Shown here piece after piece: positions 59,901 to 64,000 of a DNA stretch of 64,000 nt. The translations under genes and the position numbers were made by a program. The stretch is taken from NCBI GenBank assembly GCA_963675665.1, contig OY776510.1, positions 4,512,001 through 4,576,000 on the forward strand. Reading direction: 5' to 3'. This DNA is from Spirochaetia bacterium. GTDB taxonomy: Bacteria > Spirochaetota > Spirochaetia > UBA9216. The stretch's first letter is position 1. Each line of letters starts with the position of its first letter. A model generated the notes under the pieces. It was not told where the DNA came from and made no database searches. It was given only the letters and a program-made list of their open reading frames with translations.

Positions 59901-59952
59901 AAATAATTATTCCGCAGAATAAAACAGAAAAAGGTGTAATTATTTTCTTCAT
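56935..59952 (-). CDS. LVIVD-repeat lipoprotein, paralog of 52480-55569
   Basis: ILQGC lipobox; same domain order with shared segments (PDTDGP..VTSP..YSEYATV; GGDIS.FTV.PGN). Confidence 0.88.
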   Translation of the reverse strand: MKKIITPFSVLFCGIIILQGCPNPLTSDTLSVLQDLNPPSIILFSPKSNLKFESSITFSGEVYDVDSQGNKRDKPAADHLTDFSFIIKDKQEEPEKIDVAEDGSFNFTIPTAEYTEQITIILSAFDLNANETVKEIVLLPDTDGPFLAVTSPANYSEYATVVQLSGFVQNSAEDESISETSSVINYQIPGTSLFGTVGIDQPSGYFSALIDVSSLAGNHILEVSATDLNGNETLIIINIIKPVIGGDISDFTVTPGNKQAIISWTDVPYAESYTLFEASYGLTESNVQSPFVWKGLENGEVYRFQLTAHLPDGMGQDPVSAQISKMPLSEQSLAPWIIKTDYKSITIEWQKNPNISSYIVERSLNSDGPWTIRRNLVDNIFTDDRVALDTKYYYRITPSNYTDIPSTFAEGAAGRFACKFIIGRETSDYARGLCIVDDYAYIADNLNGLSIIDISDPLNPGNPVSVDTDGVAWNVRVSQNYAFIADQYSLAIINVSDPEKPGTPSYIQDIGSVWDLAVDGTHVYAACYNYGLAIIDITNPESPGVPDQVVTDGNVRDVEVYNGYAFVVDSSGTAIVDVQNPANPGEPVYIDEAPGGTDITISDDYAYISTFSSGLAIVDISNPLSPGTPKLISTSAAPVSVGLSQGYAIVAETSEGLEIIDVNDPSSPVVVRQLTAEEWVEDIYVYGDYIYTASSHAGLEVYTISLPRLDNTPYYPAEIPCSGSLAYNNDHYYVIYDSMLYIYAASDPFFPAIKGSIDLYGSWSTDLHSIAISGDNAYIARTSNTHGLVIVDISKTTEPLQIGSVGTYYPTDLNVCGGYVFGAEDEYGMSIIDISEPASPSAPYFIDTQYWASDIVTSEGYAYIADCDSGIAIIDISDPENPGTPFYVDTPSSAGCVDVAGNYIYAGDYSNGLIVIDVSDPLTPVSHTPVALTGNPLVIEVSSGYAYIGLKTAGLAVVDVSDPLNPGTPVYLNTNSQVTDIFVSGRYAYISCGSGGLAILDLLDS

Positions 59953-60221
59953 AGGCTTACTGTCTCTTAAATCATTATTATTTATAATAAATTCAGGAAA
60001 AAGTAATCAGTGTATATTATTCATTATACCTTGTATCATTTAACTTGTCAGAAAAATATTAAAATCAATTATACGGCCAGACAGGATTCAGATGAAGAAA
60101 TAAACGAAATTATGTAAACTGAGCCCTCTTTCCCCTGCAAACAAGCAATAGTAACTTTTTTTATACGCAGCGGTGTTATAATTAAGTATAGGGAAACTCC
60201 AAATATATTTTAGGAAAGCTT

Positions 60222-61775
60222 ATGGAAAAATCTATCATAATTATCGGCGGCGGTCTGACGGGACTGGCTGCGGGCTGCTATGGCAGAATGAACGGCTACC
60301 GGACAAAGATCTTTGAGATGCATGAAATCGCCGGCGGGGTATGCACCGGCTGGAAACGTAAGGGCTATACAATAGACGGCGCCATGAACTGGCTGATAGG
60401 AACAAAACCCGGCACCGATTATAACAGGATATGGCAGGAACTTGGAGCTGCTCAGAAATGGAAGGTTTATAATCATAATTATTATATAAACCTCGACGGC
60501 GCCGACGGCAACCTTATTACGGTTCCTGTTGATCCTGACCTGCTGCAGCAGAAGCTGATTGAAATTGCTCCTGAAGATGAAGTCGAAATTCGAAAATTCT
60601 GCAGAGCAGCAAAAAAGGCAGGCCGGATTGAAATGCCGGTTGATAAACCGCGCGAGCTTTATAACCTTCTTGACGCATTAAAGGCTGTAAAGATGCTTCC
60701 TTTTCTGAATTTCATGCGTAAATGGACCCGGGTTACAGCTTCCGAATACGGCGCCCGGTTTAAGAACCCGGTCCTGCGCTTGCTGTTTAATATGGGTAGT
60801 GAAGATTCTCTTTCAGAGATGCCTGCCGTAACCATGCCCATGCTTTTCGGCTGGCTCGGCAGCGGTGAAGGCGGTTATGTTATCGGCGGAGCGCTTGCGC
60901 TTGCAGGCTATATTGAGCAGCGATACCGGGAACTGGGCGGAGAACTGCATATGAGATCCAGGGTCGGCAAGATCCTGGTTGAAAACGATCGCGCAACAGG
61001 CATACGGCTTGCAGACGGAACGGAACACCGGGCCGACTGGGTTATTTCGGCTGCGGACGGCCATACGACCATATTTAAGATGCTTGACGGGAGGTACATA
61101 GACCAGAAAATCAGCAAATTCTATAAAGAGCAGCCTCTTTTCGAACCTCTTGTGTATGCCGCCTTCGGTGTTAAACGCGAATTTGATGAAATACCTGCCG
61201 CACTGAACGGATTACACCTGAGGTTTGACAAGCCGATTCCAATAGCCGGCAGGGATGAGAAAGCCTGTCAGCTTCTGATTTATAAATATGATCCTACACT
61301 TTCCGAAACAGGCAAAACTGTATTAATTGCCGAACTTTCGACGGACTACGACTACTGGGAAAAACTGTCCGTCGATCGTGAAGCTTATAAGGCTGAAAAA
61401 GAACGTATATCGGATGCGATTGCAGCGGAGCTGGAAAAACGGTTTCCGGGTTTTATTTCAAAGATTGAGATGCGTGATCTTGCAACCCCGGTAACCTGGG
61501 TCCGCTATACCGGCAACTGGCGCGGAAGTTATGAAGGCTGGATGATGACAAAAGAATCGATGATGAAATCCATGCAAAAAACACTGCCCGGTCTTGCCGG
61601 CTTTTATATGGCGGGACAGTGGGTAAATCCCGGCGGCGGGATGCCTACTGCGGTAATGTCGGGCAGACATACCGTTCAGCTGATCTGCAGTAAAGACGGA
61701 AAAAGATTCGAAGCGACCCTGCCGGAACATAAAGCGGCTCCTTTTACAAGAAGCCGCTTTATGTTCCGAGAGTAA
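60222..61775 (+). CDS. Phytoene desaturase-family NAD(P)/FAD oxidoreductase
   Basis: GGGLTG, GG.CT.W.RKGY..D, ATP.T..RYTGN..GS and AGQW..PGGG.P. Confidence 0.85.
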   Translation: MEKSIIIIGGGLTGLAAGCYGRMNGYRTKIFEMHEIAGGVCTGWKRKGYTIDGAMNWLIGTKPGTDYNRIWQELGAAQKWKVYNHNYYINLDGADGNLITVPVDPDLLQQKLIEIAPEDEVEIRKFCRAAKKAGRIEMPVDKPRELYNLLDALKAVKMLPFLNFMRKWTRVTASEYGARFKNPVLRLLFNMGSEDSLSEMPAVTMPMLFGWLGSGEGGYVIGGALALAGYIEQRYRELGGELHMRSRVGKILVENDRATGIRLADGTEHRADWVISAADGHTTIFKMLDGRYIDQKISKFYKEQPLFEPLVYAAFGVKREFDEIPAALNGLHLRFDKPIPIAGRDEKACQLLIYKYDPTLSETGKTVLIAELSTDYDYWEKLSVDREAYKAEKERISDAIAAELEKRFPGFISKIEMRDLATPVTWVRYTGNWRGSYEGWMMTKESMMKSMQKTLPGLAGFYMAGQWVNPGGGMPTAVMSGRHTVQLICSKDGKRFEATLPEHKAAPFTRSRFMFRE

Positions 61776-62525
61776 TCAGTTCTTTTTTGTTATTCCGCCT
61801 ATGCCGTCTTTATCAACATCGAGCCTTGAGACCTCTCCCGAATATTCGAGATTGGAAAGTCCCGCGAGTTTGCCGGTCAGCTCGCCGCCGGTCATGTTCA
61901 GGACGATATTTCCCGCGCCGTCGGTATTGACATCCGCGTTTTTTATTCCGCTTTTAGAGAAATCAATATTTACCGCGCCGTTTGAGACGAGTTTAAGACT
62001 GCCGTAAGTACAGTTCTCACCGATAATCTGGCCTGCCCCGTCAAGACTTAAACTGATCGCTTCTCCGCTAAAATTTTCCACATTCAGATTCACAGCCCCG
62101 TCAACATCAACTGCATCAAGGACCGGCATATATATCGTTGCCGATGCACCGTGGAACTCGCTCAGATTGCCCTTTTTTTTGTAATCCAGACCGAGGTAAA
62201 GAGCTCCTCCGGTATTTTCAACAGCAAGCTGTTCAAAAGCGTTTTCATCCGTTTCAACGGTTATTCTGAATTCATCATCCGCAATAACGAGGATGTCCCA
62301 TCCGCCGACAATCCTGAGCCTGTCGAAATCATCAAGATTATATTCTTTTGATATTTTTTCTCCATATCTGCTGCCGATAGTAAATGAATGAGACGCGTTA
62401 TCACTGTCGCTATTGTTGACTACAATATGGTCGCTTATTATTGAGCGGACCATAACAGTCAAGACAATCAGAAGCACTGCAATTGCTCCCAGTACTATCC
62501 ATACAAATTTTGTCGAGTTCTTCAT
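61776..62525 (-). CDS. GIN/DUF2807 putative adhesin domain protein
   Basis: N-terminal TM helix; repeated DGAG/GAV.I beta motifs. Confidence 0.75.
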   Translation of the reverse strand: MKNSTKFVWIVLGAIAVLLIVLTVMVRSIISDHIVVNNSDSDNASHSFTIGSRYGEKISKEYNLDDFDRLRIVGGWDILVIADDEFRITVETDENAFEQLAVENTGGALYLGLDYKKKGNLSEFHGASATIYMPVLDAVDVDGAVNLNVENFSGEAISLSLDGAGQIIGENCTYGSLKLVSNGAVNIDFSKSGIKNADVNTDGAGNIVLNMTGGELTGKLAGLSNLEYSGEVSRLDVDKDGIGGITKKN

Positions 62526-62896
62526 CAGGCACTCCTTTTGGCTTTGTAATCATCATACATATTTTTCAGGGAATCAAAATCTATCTTCAGCATGTCCAGT
62601 ATTCTGAAGAAATACGGCAGTTCCTTTTTAATAAAATCTTCCTTTTTCAAATTCATTACTTTTTCCATCGAATCCTCTCCTACAAAATAACCGATTCCCC
62701 TTTTATTAAAAATTATTCCTTCATCCTGAAGATATGAATATGCCCGCATAACCGTATTTGGATTCACCTCAATTTCAACTGCAAATTCCCTCACTGATGC
62801 AATACGGTCGCCTTCTTTCCATGTGCCTTTTATAATGTTTTCACTGATGAAATCAGCTATCTGCAAATAGATAGCCTTGCCGTCTTTAAACTCCAT
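62525..62896 (-). CDS. GntR (YtrA-type) regulator
   Basis: IYLQI, SVRE.A, VNPNT..RAY and RGIGYFV. Confidence 0.92.
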   Translation of the reverse strand: MEFKDGKAIYLQIADFISENIIKGTWKEGDRIASVREFAVEIEVNPNTVMRAYSYLQDEGIIFNKRGIGYFVGEDSMEKVMNLKKEDFIKKELPYFFRILDMLKIDFDSLKNMYDDYKAKRSA

Positions 62897-63686
62897 CTCT
62901 GACCTCCACTTCACGCAGCTTCAACCAGGCGCCGACCCAGCAGACTGGTGCGAGCAAGCCGAAATAAACAACCTTCAGCAGAATTATCATGCCTTCACCG
63001 AAATTCTCCAGTTTGCCGATATTGATGCCTTCGCTTAAATCCATATTGATATTGAAATCAGCCCTGACGATAGTCCAGAAGTAATCATTAAAAACAACCC
63101 ATCCGATAAAAGCTGAAATCAGCGACAGTATTATCGAAAATACAGCCAATGCAATTACCGTTTTAATAAAATTGTTATTTCGGAACCATGATGCTCCAAG
63201 CAGAAATACGGATTGCATAATTGCATAATGCCCGGCCATCTGCCATATAACAGGGTTGAACGGGTTAAATCCCGGAAAATACTCATGCAGAAAAACCTGA
63301 ATAACAAGCCTGGCAATAAATGTGAAAACCGTATAGACAGCTATGGATACAACAGGAGTGACAACCGCGTAAAGAACAAGCTTTTCGGAAAACTTTTCAA
63401 GCGTTGAAGCCGGAAGCATCAGCCAGTCATGGTTAAGAAGTTTTTTATGCGCATCCTTAAAAGCCATACTTGTAAAAATAAAACCGAGTATAAACAACAG
63501 GATACCTACAAACGCATAATGAACACTGCTTTCTATTGTTCCGGTTTTGGCATTAATAATAAGCGATACGAGAAAAAAAGCGCAGAATCCTCCGATTGTA
63601 ATCAAATAGTCTTTCCACTGCCGGGTAAAGTCCCTCTTGAACAGGTACCATATTCTTAATGGATTTAAATATCTTGCAACATTCAT
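62886..63686 (-). CDS. ABC transporter permease
   Basis: About six TM helices; MLPASTLEKF motif. Confidence 0.75.
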   Translation of the reverse strand: MNVARYLNPLRIWYLFKRDFTRQWKDYLITIGGFCAFFLVSLIINAKTGTIESSVHYAFVGILLFILGFIFTSMAFKDAHKKLLNHDWLMLPASTLEKFSEKLVLYAVVTPVVSIAVYTVFTFIARLVIQVFLHEYFPGFNPFNPVIWQMAGHYAIMQSVFLLGASWFRNNNFIKTVIALAVFSIILSLISAFIGWVVFNDYFWTIVRADFNINMDLSEGINIGKLENFGEGMIILLKVVYFGLLAPVCWVGAWLKLREVEVRDGV

Positions 63687-64000
63687 CTTGCACCCCCGCT
63701 GATTAATTCGTTGATTGACGGCCCTTTGCTTACGACCATGTTGAACAAAAACTCAAGGTCGATTGCCCTGCCGTCGTCGTCTTTCCGACTGTATGCCGTC
63801 AGGTATCCCCCGAGAACCTTTTCATAATAGACGACGTCTTCCCCGACCGGTTCAGAATCCGCAACACTGAAACTCATATGCTCGGTTATCTCTTCCATGC
63901 TGTGGTTGAAGATAATTTTTCCGTTCTCAAGAATGATAATAGGGTCTATCAGGTTCTCCATATCGCGGACCTGGTGGGTCGAAATCAGGATAATTCTGTC
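63683..64000 (-). CDS. ABC transporter ATP-binding protein, C-terminal part (begins beyond the window)
   Basis: ILISTHQVRD H-loop; DLEFLFN. Confidence 0.85.
   Translation of the reverse strand, partial: DRIILISTHQVRDMENLIDPIIILENGKIIFNHSMEEITEHMSFSVADSEPVGEDVVYYEKVLGGYLTAYSRKDDDGRAIDLEFLFNMVVSKGPSINELISGGAR

Overview
Bacterial chromosomal window, probably from a spirochaete (inferred from the alpha2-type GlyRS, spirochaete-style lipoprotein signal peptides, and PEGA/FGE/LVIVD surface proteins). The left 14.3 kb is an AT-rich chromosomal integron. intI is on + (13041-14318) and is split by an in-frame TAG. attI lies near 12824, followed by at least nine cassettes on the - strand separated by eight 134-143 bp attC sites. 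Cassette order from attI: (1) ORF-less cassette A, (2) GNAT acetyltransferase, (3) SphI-like methylase plus HNH restriction system, (4) BrnT/antitoxin pair, (5) REase-nSTAND3 NTPase, (6) YaaC-like gene with an intact IS66 in its leader, (7, 8) two more copies of ORF-less cassette A, (9) a HEPN-like gene running off the left edge. The most striking unexplained element is this thrice-repeated, structured, ORF-less cassette, which carries its own attC subtype. The attC sites themselves are long and branched, with non-canonical extrahelical bases. The rest is core or semi-accessory: nadC-nadA-nadB-niaR, an IS-disrupted lipoprotein gene (15-16 bp target duplication), tyrS, glyQS, a Flavo-1-like RNA, a poly-G-frameshifted FN3/FGE lipoprotein resembling a DGR target, ppk2, an antiporter with PTS-IIA, an ABC exporter with MarR, gltX, alaA, HD-GYP, a sucrose-phosphate synthase/phosphatase divergent from a GH32-like gene preceded by a G16 tract, two LVIVD-repeat lipoproteins, and a GntR-ABC operon. 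All calls come from manual reading; no database searches were run.
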